A stretch of 32,000 bases of DNA from contig NZ_SNUY01000044.1 of assembly GCF_004376175.1 (NCBI RefSeq), positions 2,645-34,644 on the forward strand, written 5' to 3'. Made by a program: the position numbers and the translations under genes. Numbering within the stretch: position 1 is the first letter of the stretch; the number at the start of each line of letters is the position of its first letter. The notes below the pieces were generated by a model, which searched no databases, was not told where the DNA came from, and was given only the letters and a program-made list of their open reading frames with translations. This document shows positions 17,756 through 25,381 of this stretch, one piece after another. This DNA comes from Halalkalibacterium halodurans. Lineage in GTDB: Bacteria > Bacillota > Bacilli > Bacillales > Bacillaceae_D.

Positions 17756-18739
17756 ATGGATACAGGAACCCATGTTGTCATGGGGGTTGCCCTCGGTGGC
17801 CTTGCTGCGATCGATCCTGCAGTCACCAATGATCCAATGATGAAGTCGACGGTCATGATCGCAACAATCATTGGTTCTCAGGCCCCCGATTTTGATACGA
17901 TTTTAAAGCTTCGCAATAATGCTGTTTATATACGAAACCACCGCGGTTTGACCCACTCATTGCCCGCCTTGTTCATTTGGCCATTTCTCGTGGCAGGTGG
18001 CATTTGGTTATTGTTCCCAGAGTCCGCCTTTTTCACGTTATGGCTATGGTCTTTCATCGCCGTTTTTTTGCACGTTTTTGTTGATATATTTAACGCCTAT
18101 GGCACTCAAGCCTTACGTCCCATTTCGGATCGCTGGATTGCTCTTGGAGTGATTAACATTTTTGATCCATTTATCTTTTTTGCTCATGTAGTGGCTATTT
18201 TTTGTTGGTATCTAGGAACAAACCCTATCCCAACATTTCTACTTCTTTATTTCGTACTCACATGCTACTATGTATGGCGCCTGAAATTAAAACATGAGAT
18301 CGTGCTCAAAGCAAGGAATCATTACCCAGAAGCGACTCACGTGTTCGTTTCACCGACCCTTCACTGGAACAAGTGGCATGTGGTGATTCGAACGAAGGAG
18401 ATGCTCTATGTGGCAAGGGTAAAGGATCGTTCGTTTACATTTTACGAGCAATACCCTTTTGAGCCAATTCCAGACATCCCTGTTTTAAATGCCGCACGAA
18501 ATGACAAAAACTTAGCTGCCTTCTTATCGTTCTCTCCCACCTATCGTTGGGAAATCAACGAACTGGAAGAGGATGTCACGGAAGTTCGGTTTTATGACTT
18601 GCGTTACCGCTCGAAAGGCCATTATCCGTTCGTTGCATGCGTACAATTGGATCAAGATTTGAACGTCATTCGCTCTTACACCGGCTGGGTTTTCAGCGAA
18701 AAAACGTTACAGAAAAAGCTCGAAATCGTTACTGAGTAA
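17756..18739 (+). CDS. yfhP: Membrane-bound metal-dependent hydrolase, YfhP / YdjM family
   Basis: The MDTGTHVVMGVALGGLA N-terminus, the histidine-rich TM core (HRGLTHS, LHVFVD) and the position divergent from mutY all match B. subtilis. Confidence 0.8.
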   Translation: MDTGTHVVMGVALGGLAAIDPAVTNDPMMKSTVMIATIIGSQAPDFDTILKLRNNAVYIRNHRGLTHSLPALFIWPFLVAGGIWLLFPESAFFTLWLWSFIAVFLHVFVDIFNAYGTQALRPISDRWIALGVINIFDPFIFFAHVVAIFCWYLGTNPIPTFLLLYFVLTCYYVWRLKLKHEIVLKARNHYPEATHVFVSPTLHWNKWHVVIRTKEMLYVARVKDRSFTFYEQYPFEPIPDIPVLNAARNDKNLAAFLSFSPTYRWEINELEEDVTEVRFYDLRYRSKGHYPFVACVQLDQDLNVIRSYTGWVFSEKTLQKKLEIVTE

Positions 18740-18748
18740 TCATTTTTG

Positions 18749-18782
18749 ACACCTTGTAAGAAGCTCCTTGCAAGGTGTTTTA
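18749..18782. terminator. Bidirectional terminator between yfhP and the yfhJ-like gene
   Basis: A 12 bp stem acaccttgtaag / cttgcaaggtgt is followed by tttt. Confidence 0.7.
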
Positions 18783-18785
18783 GTG

Positions 18786-19055
18786 TTAATGTTTTAAGTG
18801 ATTATCCTTCGATAAAAAGGAAAATTTATGACCGGATGGTTTGTACTGATGCAGATAAGGCCCGTATTGTTCGATCCATTTTAGAACGATTTGCTCGGTC
18901 ATGTCCTGTCCTTTGTACGTTCTTCCAGCTTTAGCTCGAGTGGATTCAAAATCTTCCCAAAGGCTTTCTACCCATGTTCTCGCTTGCCCGTAGCTTAAAT
19001 GATTGTTTGCTTTTAACAGTTGTTCGGCTAACCGTTCAAAACGATCTTCCATTAC
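18786..19055 (-). CDS. WVELL-family protein (YfhJ-like)
   Basis: The sequence contains ARTWVESLWEDFE, the family-defining WVELL-type motif. The ATG at 19055 follows AGGAGG; the longer track ORF was rejected. Confidence 0.6.
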   Translation of the reverse strand, partial: VMEDRFERLAEQLLKANNHLSYGQARTWVESLWEDFESTRAKAGRTYKGQDMTEQIVLKWIEQYGPYLHQYKPSGHKFSFLSKDNHLKH

Positions 19056-19144
19056 CTTTTCCTCCTTTAACAACAATTTTCGATCATATGACACATCGTT
19101 CTCCCTCATACTAAAAAATGAAATCGGATGAAGGAGGCATTTTC

Positions 19145-19288
19145 ATGAGAAACAAAGCACATGGCTTTCCCCATCGGATTTCATTTGACGGTGAACCAGA
19201 TCGAGCAAAGCATGCTTCCAAACGTGCAAATGGCACAATTAATACGAAGCCGCAGGAGCGAATGAATCAAGCAAATCCTGATCAATAG
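19145..19288 (+). CDS. sspK: Small acid-soluble spore protein K (47 aa), absent from the ORF track
   Basis: SD is GAAGGAGG with 7 nt spacing. The peptide MRNKAHGFP...AKHASKRANGTINTKPQERM resembles SspK, and the position between yfhJ and yfhH matches. Confidence 0.65.
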   Translation: MRNKAHGFPHRISFDGEPDRAKHASKRANGTINTKPQERMNQANPDQ

Positions 19289-19318
19289 GTCGCTCAGCTA
19301 AGACATGGAGGGATCGAC

Positions 19319-19474
19319 ATGGGAAAAGATCGAAAAGACAATCCGTTTTTCTACAGAGATCCATTTCATTCACCGCGAGCTAATCCGAAACATGCGTTCC
19401 ATCAAGTGAATGGAGAAACGCAGCAAAGTCTTCATAACCACGTCTTAGAGGTAGATACACGAAAACGCACCTAA
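19319..19474 (+). CDS. Hypothetical 51 aa basic, His-rich protein (possible spore protein), absent from the ORF track
   Basis: SD is GGAGGG with 7 nt spacing. It lies 30 nt after sspK and is followed by a terminator. Confidence 0.4.
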   Translation: MGKDRKDNPFFYRDPFHSPRANPKHAFHQVNGETQQSLHNHVLEVDTRKRT

Positions 19475-19492
19475 TCACCGTCTTTTATTTCG

Positions 19493-19528
19493 CTCCAATG
19501 CCTCGTATGGCATTGGGGTGCTTTTTCT
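19493..19528. terminator. Bidirectional terminator
   Basis: The core stem ccaatgcc-tcgtat-ggcattgg is extended by G-U and G-C pairs, then ctttttc. Confidence 0.7.
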
Positions 19529-19855
19529 TTATCCCTCCCTAGACAATTGTTCCCCAAGTAAGGATATCGGTACCGCCTCCAGCTTCGCTTCTTCATTTCG
19601 ATAGCCCCAAGCGAAACGCCCATTTAAATATGAAATATGAAACGTTTCCTCGTCATTTCCGAGCTTGTAAGTAGCTCCAGGTTTAAAATCGTTCGGGTCC
19701 AATAAATAAGCCTTCGCCATAAGCATCTTACGTTCATATACAGCAAACTCATTCATTTGTCCGAGCTGCTCAGCCTTTTTTGCTTTATCATTTAGACGAG
19801 AAATTTCTGTTTGTAGCTCAAACTCTGTCATCTCACTATATCGTTTTTCTTCCAT
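19529..19855 (-). CDS. yfhH: DUF1811 protein, YfhH homologue
   Basis: The sequence and its position immediately downstream of recX match. The ATG at 19855 follows GAGGAGGAAGG. Confidence 0.7.
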   Translation of the reverse strand: MEEKRYSEMTEFELQTEISRLNDKAKKAEQLGQMNEFAVYERKMLMAKAYLLDPNDFKPGATYKLGNDEETFHISYLNGRFAWGYRNEEAKLEAVPISLLGEQLSREG

Positions 19856-19871
19856 TAGACAACCTTCCTCC

Positions 19872-20672
19872 TCAGTCATTTAAGTACCGTTCAATCATTT
19901 CTAACGAGAAGCCTTTTCGATATAAGGCTTGCTTTACTTTTTGCTGCAATTCCCATCCTGCCTTTTTCCCTGCATATTTTCGCATCGCTTTTTCACCAAA
20001 GGCTTTTAAAGCTTCCCATTCCTCTTCTTCCTCTTGCTTAATCGGGACATCAGCAAAAGCCTCCTCAATTACAGGAGAGGTATATCCTTTTGCCAGTAAC
20101 TGCCGTGACAATTTTTGCTTCCACGCTAGAGACGAGCCTTTAAAGGTACGACCCTTTTGCTTTTCAAGCCATGCTTTCACCTGCTCTACTTGTTCTTCAT
20201 AAGAAAAAGTCGTAAGAGCGCCTTCTATCGTCTTTTCACTCACCCCTTTTTCCGCGAGCTCTTGCTTTAATTTTAATGGGCCCTTTGACGTAGTGGCACG
20301 TTTTGTTTGAATGAACGCCTCTGCAAAGGCATGATCGTCGAGTAGCCGTTGCTCGGTTAAGCGGTGAAGCACGTGTTCGATGATAGGCTCCTCTCGATCC
20401 TTCTTTTTTAAATACGTACGCACTTCATGAACCGAACGCATCCGATATGACAAATAATGCAAGGCGAGATTGAATGTTTTTTGAACCTCATCTTCGTACA
20501 GGATCTGCTTCATTTGCTCCGCATCAATATCTAAGCCTTTTCTTAACCCTTGCTTAATCAATACTTGTTCGTCTACGCTAAAGGCGTATACATCTTGGCC
20601 GTTTTGGTGAATAAAAATATTGTACCGCTCATTGTTTCGCTTCTGAACTTCGATTCGGGTAATGATTGCCAT
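19872..20672 (-). CDS. recX: Recombination regulator RecX
   Basis: It has a typical Firmicutes RecX N-terminus (ITRIEVQKRNNERYNIF) and three-repeat helical architecture. The gene order matches. Confidence 0.85.
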   Translation of the reverse strand: MAIITRIEVQKRNNERYNIFIHQNGQDVYAFSVDEQVLIKQGLRKGLDIDAEQMKQILYEDEVQKTFNLALHYLSYRMRSVHEVRTYLKKKDREEPIIEHVLHRLTEQRLLDDHAFAEAFIQTKRATTSKGPLKLKQELAEKGVSEKTIEGALTTFSYEEQVEQVKAWLEKQKGRTFKGSSLAWKQKLSRQLLAKGYTSPVIEEAFADVPIKQEEEEEWEALKAFGEKAMRKYAGKKAGWELQQKVKQALYRKGFSLEMIERYLND

Positions 20673-20941
20673 CACCCATCATCTCCTTCATTCGTTCTCT
20701 TTTCAATGATAGCACGGACTTACCCATTCCTAAAGAACAAGCAAATTTTTTCACATCCAAATGAATCGTAATGGAAAAAAATGATGATGTTGTTTATGTT
20801 AATTTTTATTAAAAGCCCTTCCCTTTTTTATAAAATCAAAGTATTATATTAGAGTAATCAGGAGTTATTATGAGTAAACATAAGGAATTTGTACTATAAT
20901 TCAATGTCAGCACATTATTTCGCTGATTTCAACTAAATACG

Positions 20942-21009
20942 TTTTGGGAAGGCAATTGGTGCGCCACCAGTTTTTCTGGTTCTAGTGGGTTCGATTCCCA
21001 CCCCGAATT
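20942..21009 (+). other. tRNA-like element or degenerate tRNA remnant (not a functional decoding tRNA)
   Basis: A canonical T-arm gtggg-TTCGATT-cccac lies at 20985..21001. The acceptor-like pairing is ttttggg / cccgaat, which gives 6 pairs including one G-U. The D-loop-like segment AATTGGT has a 3 bp stem. The anticodon arm is only ccag-ttttt-ctgg (13 nt rather than 17), and there is no 3' CCA. A competing small hairpin ggtg-cgc-cacc exists. Confidence 0.3.
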
Positions 21010-21079
21010 TATTTGCATCACATGATAAATTCGAGGGTGGACGGCCTATTCGCCCTCGATTAAAGGAGGGCTTTTTAAT

Positions 21080-21634
21080 ATGGTGTTAAAAAGACGAGAC
21101 GTTGCCGATTGTCACGTTTTGTATGATTTGATGATTGACCCAGCTGTTTTTCCATATGTTCGGCAAAAAGCCTATTCTTATGAAGAGTTTGTGTTTTTGA
21201 CAAAGCAGACGATCGAACTTGAAGAACAAGGCCGTCTCATTTCACGAACGATTGTAGATGAATGGCAGAGCCCGATTGGGGTCATTACGTTATTCGACCT
21301 TCAAAATCATCGTGGTTTTTTAGGCACATGGATTGGCAAACCATATTTCGGTAAAGGCTATAACCAGCTTGCGAAGAATGCCTTTTTCACCGAATTGTTT
21401 TTTACCCATCAAATAGAGACTGTTTTTATGCGCATTCGTACTGGAAATCGTCGCTCGATTGAAGCGGCAAAAAAGCTGCCTTATTGCTCGCTTGCCAATG
21501 ATCTTCGCCCAGATTTGTTTCAACAATTAAATCCTGATGGGCACAGATATGATTTATTTCAAGTAGAGCGAGATCACTATCATTTGCACACATTACGCAC
21601 CGCCAACACACAGCATGAAGCCATGGAAGCATAA
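21080..21634 (+). CDS. GNAT-family N-acetyltransferase (RimJ/RimL-like, Acetyltransf_3 type)
   Basis: The sequence contains GFLGTWIGKPYFGKGY...NRRSIEAAKKL. SD is AAAGGAGGG with 9 nt spacing. Confidence 0.8.
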   Translation: MVLKRRDVADCHVLYDLMIDPAVFPYVRQKAYSYEEFVFLTKQTIELEEQGRLISRTIVDEWQSPIGVITLFDLQNHRGFLGTWIGKPYFGKGYNQLAKNAFFTELFFTHQIETVFMRIRTGNRRSIEAAKKLPYCSLANDLRPDLFQQLNPDGHRYDLFQVERDHYHLHTLRTANTQHEAMEA

Positions 21635-21699
21635 AAGAAATGGATAATGTCCCCCACTCCTGTTCACACTAATGAAAACTTCCTTTAGGAGTGAGTATA

Positions 21700-21816
21700 A
21701 TGGACAAAAAGCAGCGTATGGCAGAAGGACGGAATCGACTAAAGAAAGCTCAGCAAGTAACATATCAATCCGATTTCAAAGCAGCAGATCGCCAGTTTGA
21801 AAACACCAAAAAGTAG
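21700..21816 (+). CDS. YfhE-like small protein (38 aa), absent from the ORF track
   Basis: SD is AGGAGTG. The peptide MDKKQRMAEGRNRLKKAQQVTYQSDFKAADRQ resembles the YfhE-like family as I remember it, and the position next to the YfhD-like ORF fits. Confidence 0.4.
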   Translation: MDKKQRMAEGRNRLKKAQQVTYQSDFKAADRQFENTKK

Positions 21817-21904
21817 TAGGAATATCCGATTCTAGCCTGGTCACACTATGGTGGAAAGCCACTGCAAAAGCTTTCTTTAAGAACCAGGTTAGGAGGAATC
21901 TTAC

Positions 21905-22042
21905 GTGGGTAAAAAGAAACGAAATAAAGAGGAATTTGAACAGCAGCAGTATAACGAAGAATTTGCCGATGCGGAAGATTTGGAAGCTGAAGCTCGCGCA
22001 AAGGCAGCAAATCAACGGGCGAAAAAAAGAAAAAATAAATAG
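21905..22042 (+). CDS. YfhD-like small protein (45 aa), absent from the ORF track
   Basis: It has a GTG start 6 nt after TAGGAGGA. The peptide MGKKKRNKEEFEQQQYNEEFADAEDLEAEARAKAANQRAKK fits the YfhD-like pattern (EF..ELAD.DD.EA..RA.AA..R). Confidence 0.5.
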   Translation: MGKKKRNKEEFEQQQYNEEFADAEDLEAEARAKAANQRAKKRKNK

Positions 22043-22378
22043 ACTAGGTTGAATGGGCTTCGCTACTGGTGAGGCCCATTTCCTTTGCATTGTAGCTACT
22101 TTTACATATTTTTTTCAAAAAATCTGTTTTTTTTACCTTCTTTTCTGCGTTTCACCCCCATCTGTTATAAACATGCTGCAAACCATTGTGACATTAAGGT
22201 TTGCCATCTCCTTTACTGGCCTCCATTTCCCTATCTAATTATTCAAACTGTCAGGAAACCATACAATATGGAAGCATTTCATAAGAGCAACGTTCTTAGC
22301 GAACGCTATCCCGCTTCAAGCCGATTAACCCTCATTAATCATGATTGAGCTTATTTGCCAATTACACGAGGTCACTTT

Positions 22379-22969
22379 ATGATAAAAAAGAGATTTGAAT
22401 TGCAGGTTCAATGCAATGAAAAAGCCTTCAAAGGAGGATTCATTATTAACAGTCAAATTGCAACCGCCCCTCCCAAAACGTTGGATACCACAATTACGAT
22501 AGGAAAACCAACAGTGGAAGATGGCGCGGCCATGTGGGAACTGGTTAACAAGTCAACGCTCGACACGAATTCACCTTACAAGTACATTATGATGTGCGAA
22601 TACTTTGCGGAAACGTGTGTTGTCGCAAAGGAAAACGAAAGATTGGTCGGATTTGTAACGGCCTTTATTCCACCTGAACACCAAGATGTTATATTTGTTT
22701 GGCAAATTGGTGTTGACTCATCACAACGCGGGAAAGGTCTCGCATCCAAATTGCTTCAAGAATTAATTTCACGTGATATCTGTAGCAATGTAAATTATGT
22801 TGAGGCAACTGTTACCCCTTCAAATAAAGCTTCACAGGCTTTGTTTCAAAAGCTAGCTCGGGAGTATAACACTCAATGTGAAGTGAGTGAATGTTTCTCT
22901 GAAGATTTATTCCCTGGCGATGATCATGAAGCTGAATTAACTTTCCGTATCGGTCCCCTTCACCCGTAA
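22379..22969 (+). CDS. ectA: L-2,4-diaminobutyrate acetyltransferase EctA
   Basis: It has a GNAT core (VWQIGVDSSQRGKGLASKLL) and lies directly upstream of ectB and ectC. The start is uncertain: ATG 22379 follows GAGGT, while a strong AAAGGAGGA at 22430 has no canonical in-frame start codon after it. Confidence 0.8.
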   Translation: MIKKRFELQVQCNEKAFKGGFIINSQIATAPPKTLDTTITIGKPTVEDGAAMWELVNKSTLDTNSPYKYIMMCEYFAETCVVAKENERLVGFVTAFIPPEHQDVIFVWQIGVDSSQRGKGLASKLLQELISRDICSNVNYVEATVTPSNKASQALFQKLAREYNTQCEVSECFSEDLFPGDDHEAELTFRIGPLHP

Positions 22970-23075
22970 ACCTTTCATTTTCTTAACAAGTAAGAATTGT
23001 TAAAGGGGTTTTTCGAACGGTCATAATACCTATACCGAGTATCGGTATCTAAATACAAGGAGGAGCTTATTAAAC

Positions 23076-24359
23076 ATGAGCCAAACAGATATGAACGTTT
23101 TTGAACAATTGGAATCGGAAGTTCGAAGTTATTGCCGTAGCTTTCCAACCGTTTTCACCAAAGCAAAAGGTTATAAAATGTGGGACGAAGCCGGGAAAGA
23201 GTACATTGATTTTTTCTCTGGGGCAGGCGCCTTAAACTACGGACATAATGATGAGAAAATGAAAAAAGCGCTTGTGGACTACATTATGGATGACGGAATT
23301 ACCCATTCTCTCGATATGGCCACAACGCCAAAGGGAAAGTTTTTACAGAAATTTCATGATGTCATTTTAAAACCGAGAAACCTTGATTATAAAGTGATGT
23401 TCCCTGGACCTACTGGGACAAATACCGTAGAAAGTGCGTTAAAGCTTGCGCGAAAAGTGACTGGCCGTACGGATATTATTAGCTTTACTAACGGATTTCA
23501 TGGCATGACGATCGGTTCCTTGTCTGTGACTGGGAACTCATTCAAGCGAAAAGGGGCCGGAATCCCTCTCACGAACGTAGTGACTATGCCTTATGACAAT
23601 TTTGTCAGTGAAAGCCTTGATACACTCGATTACTTGGAGCGCTTTTTAGAGGATGGCGGTTCAGGTGTTGAAATTCCTGCTGCGATGATCCTTGAAACGG
23701 TTCAAGGAGAAGGCGGAATTAATGCCGCTCGTACAGAATGGTTGCAGCGAGTAGAGAAGATTTGCAAACGCTGGGGAATTCTCCTCATTATTGATGACGT
23801 TCAAGCTGGAGTGGGACGCACTGGCACGTTCTTTAGCTTTGAAGACGCAGGGATTACACCTGACATCGTATGTTTGTCAAAATCAATCGGTGGCTTTGGG
23901 CTTCCGTTAGCGATTACCCTCTTCCGACCTGAGCTAGACATTTGGGCACCAGGTGAACACAACGGAACGTTCCGTGGAAATAACCACGCGTTTGTCACAG
24001 CGACCGAAGCCTTGTCTTATTGGGAAGATGATTCCTTCGAAAAAGACATTCAAGAAAAATCAGCAACGATCTCTGATTTCCTTGTTAAGCTCGTAACGGA
24101 ATACCCTGAAATAAAAGGGGAAGTAAAAGGAAAAGGGTTTATGGTCGGAATCGCGTCTGATGTAGAAGGCTTTGCTTCAAAAGTGACGGAAGAAGCATTT
24201 TCCCGCGGTCTCATAATGGAGACTTCAGGTCCGAACGATGAAGTGTTTAAGCTATTCCCGCCACTCACCATCGATGATGAAGGGTTAGAAAAAGGGTTAG
24301 CTATCATTGAAGAAAGCATCAAAGCTCTTGTCGAAACCAAAGAGCTTGTCATGCAATAA
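23076..24359 (+). CDS. ectB: Diaminobutyrate--2-oxoglutarate transaminase EctB
   Basis: Class III aminotransferase with the typical EctB N-terminus ([16 protein letters not shown]), [11 protein letters not shown] and the PLP-lysine motif LSKSIGG. Confidence 0.95.
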   Translation: MSQTDMNVFEQLESEVRSYCRSFPTVFTKAKGYKMWDEAGKEYIDFFSGAGALNYGHNDEKMKKALVDYIMDDGITHSLDMATTPKGKFLQKFHDVILKPRNLDYKVMFPGPTGTNTVESALKLARKVTGRTDIISFTNGFHGMTIGSLSVTGNSFKRKGAGIPLTNVVTMPYDNFVSESLDTLDYLERFLEDGGSGVEIPAAMILETVQGEGGINAARTEWLQRVEKICKRWGILLIIDDVQAGVGRTGTFFSFEDAGITPDIVCLSKSIGGFGLPLAITLFRPELDIWAPGEHNGTFRGNNHAFVTATEALSYWEDDSFEKDIQEKSATISDFLVKLVTEYPEIKGEVKGKGFMVGIASDVEGFASKVTEEAFSRGLIMETSGPNDEVFKLFPPLTIDDEGLEKGLAIIEESIKALVETKELVMQ

Positions 24360-24398
24360 CTTACACGAAAACGAATCGATCCAATAGGAGGAACAGAC

Positions 24399-24788
24399 AT
24401 GAAAGTCGTTAAATTAGAAGATATCATTGGAACAGAACAAGAAGTTAAAGGGGAGAACTGGACGAGTCGCAGACTGCTCTTAAAAAAAGATGGAATGGGC
24501 TATTCCGTCCATGACACTATCATTAAAGCAGGGACAGAAACGCACATTTGGTATCAGAACCACCTCGAAGCCGTGTACTGCATCGAAGGCGAAGGTGAAG
24601 TTGAGACAGTCAAAGACGGCAAAGTGTGGCCGATTAAGGCGAATGAAATTTACGCACTTGATGAGCACGACGAACATTTGCTACGCGCCAAAACCGATAT
24701 GCGTATGGTTTGCGTCTTTAACCCACCAATTACAGGGAAAGAGACCCATGATGAAAATGGTGTGTATCCGCTAGTCGACGACGAATAA
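24399..24788 (+). CDS. ectC: L-ectoine synthase EctC
   Basis: Cupin protein with typical EctC sequence: [14 protein letters not shown]....[34 protein letters not shown]. Confidence 0.95.
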   Translation: MKVVKLEDIIGTEQEVKGENWTSRRLLLKKDGMGYSVHDTIIKAGTETHIWYQNHLEAVYCIEGEGEVETVKDGKVWPIKANEIYALDEHDEHLLRAKTDMRMVCVFNPPITGKETHDENGVYPLVDDE

Positions 24789-24792
24789 TGAG

Positions 24793-24825
24793 AAAAGGAC
24801 GTAAGCCTGAGGCTTGCGTCCTTTT
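24793..24825 (+). terminator. Strong rho-independent terminator of ectABC
   Basis: A 15 bp stem aaaaggacgtaagcc-tga-ggcttgcgtcctttt is present. Confidence 0.85.
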
Positions 24826-24829
24826 CCCC

Positions 24830-24873
24830 TTTATATTGTTAATGGAGCAAGTTTATATTGTTAATGGAGCAAG
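24830..24873. repeat. Perfect tandem duplication, 2 x 22 bp (tttatattgttaatggagcaag)
   Basis: Read directly from the sequence: 24830..24851 is identical to 24852..24873. The second copy contains the stop and last four codons of the minus-strand ORF 24861..25157. Confidence 0.95.
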
Positions 24874-25157
24874 ACGGGTTTGAATTTGATGTCTTCTTTT
24901 TCAACACCCATCTGTTCAAGAAATTCATACACATCTTCTAAAGACGTCACAGGGTAACTCGTTTGACATAAGTGCGATGATTTCTCGAGATTGGCCATAA
25001 ATGCTGCTTTGTCCTTGATTTTACTTTCAAACATGGTCATCACTTTAATCACTTCTTCGTCCTTTTCAAAAGCTAATAGACCACTATTTTCATTGAAATA
25101 TACGATAAGTGGAACGTTCGTATAAGGGTGCAGGAAGTGAGCTTTGTATAGTTTCAT
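24861..25157 (-). CDS. Hypothetical 98 aa protein
   Basis: The ORF is preceded by GGGAGGGA SD. I recognised no family. Confidence 0.5.
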   Translation of the reverse strand: MKLYKAHFLHPYTNVPLIVYFNENSGLLAFEKDEEVIKVMTMFESKIKDKAAFMANLEKSSHLCQTSYPVTSLEDVYEFLEQMGVEKEDIKFKPVLLH

Positions 25158-25381
25158 CTTATCATCCCTCCCTAGCCTCTCTTTTTATCGTATAAAATGA
25201 ATGACAAGAAAGCAACAAAATGCCCTCGTTTTTTTTCCGTTGACTGTTGCAGTTAGTGTCCTCGTTCAAAAGAGCAAAAGGAGGAGGCCACGTGACCTCC
25301 CCCCTCTAGTTATAAAGGCGACTATTCCCATGGTATTTTTTATTGTATGCTGGTATGCTTACCCGGCCTGTGCGAATATCG

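Noticed and set aside
20942-21079. Assignment of the recX-GNAT leader to a known riboswitch class (ykkC/guanidine-I or T-box)
   Set aside because: There are superficial resemblances: CTAGtGGGTTCg against CUAGGGUUCCG, and GGACGG and AATTGGTGCGCCACC against the T-box GGGTGGTACCGCG. The conserved cores as I remember them (GGUCCGAGAG, ACACGGCGGGA, the T-box 14-mer, a specifier loop) are absent. The downstream gene type is also atypical for those classes.
22053-22348. 61 aa and 87 aa plus-strand ORFs in the ectA upstream region
   Set aside because: They overlap each other in different frames, lack an SD, and are rich in F/L/C/Y as expected from a T-rich leader. They were treated as non-coding.
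24830-24873. A CRISPR-like or minisatellite array
   Set aside because: There are only two directly abutting copies with no spacers, and no cas genes occur anywhere in the window.
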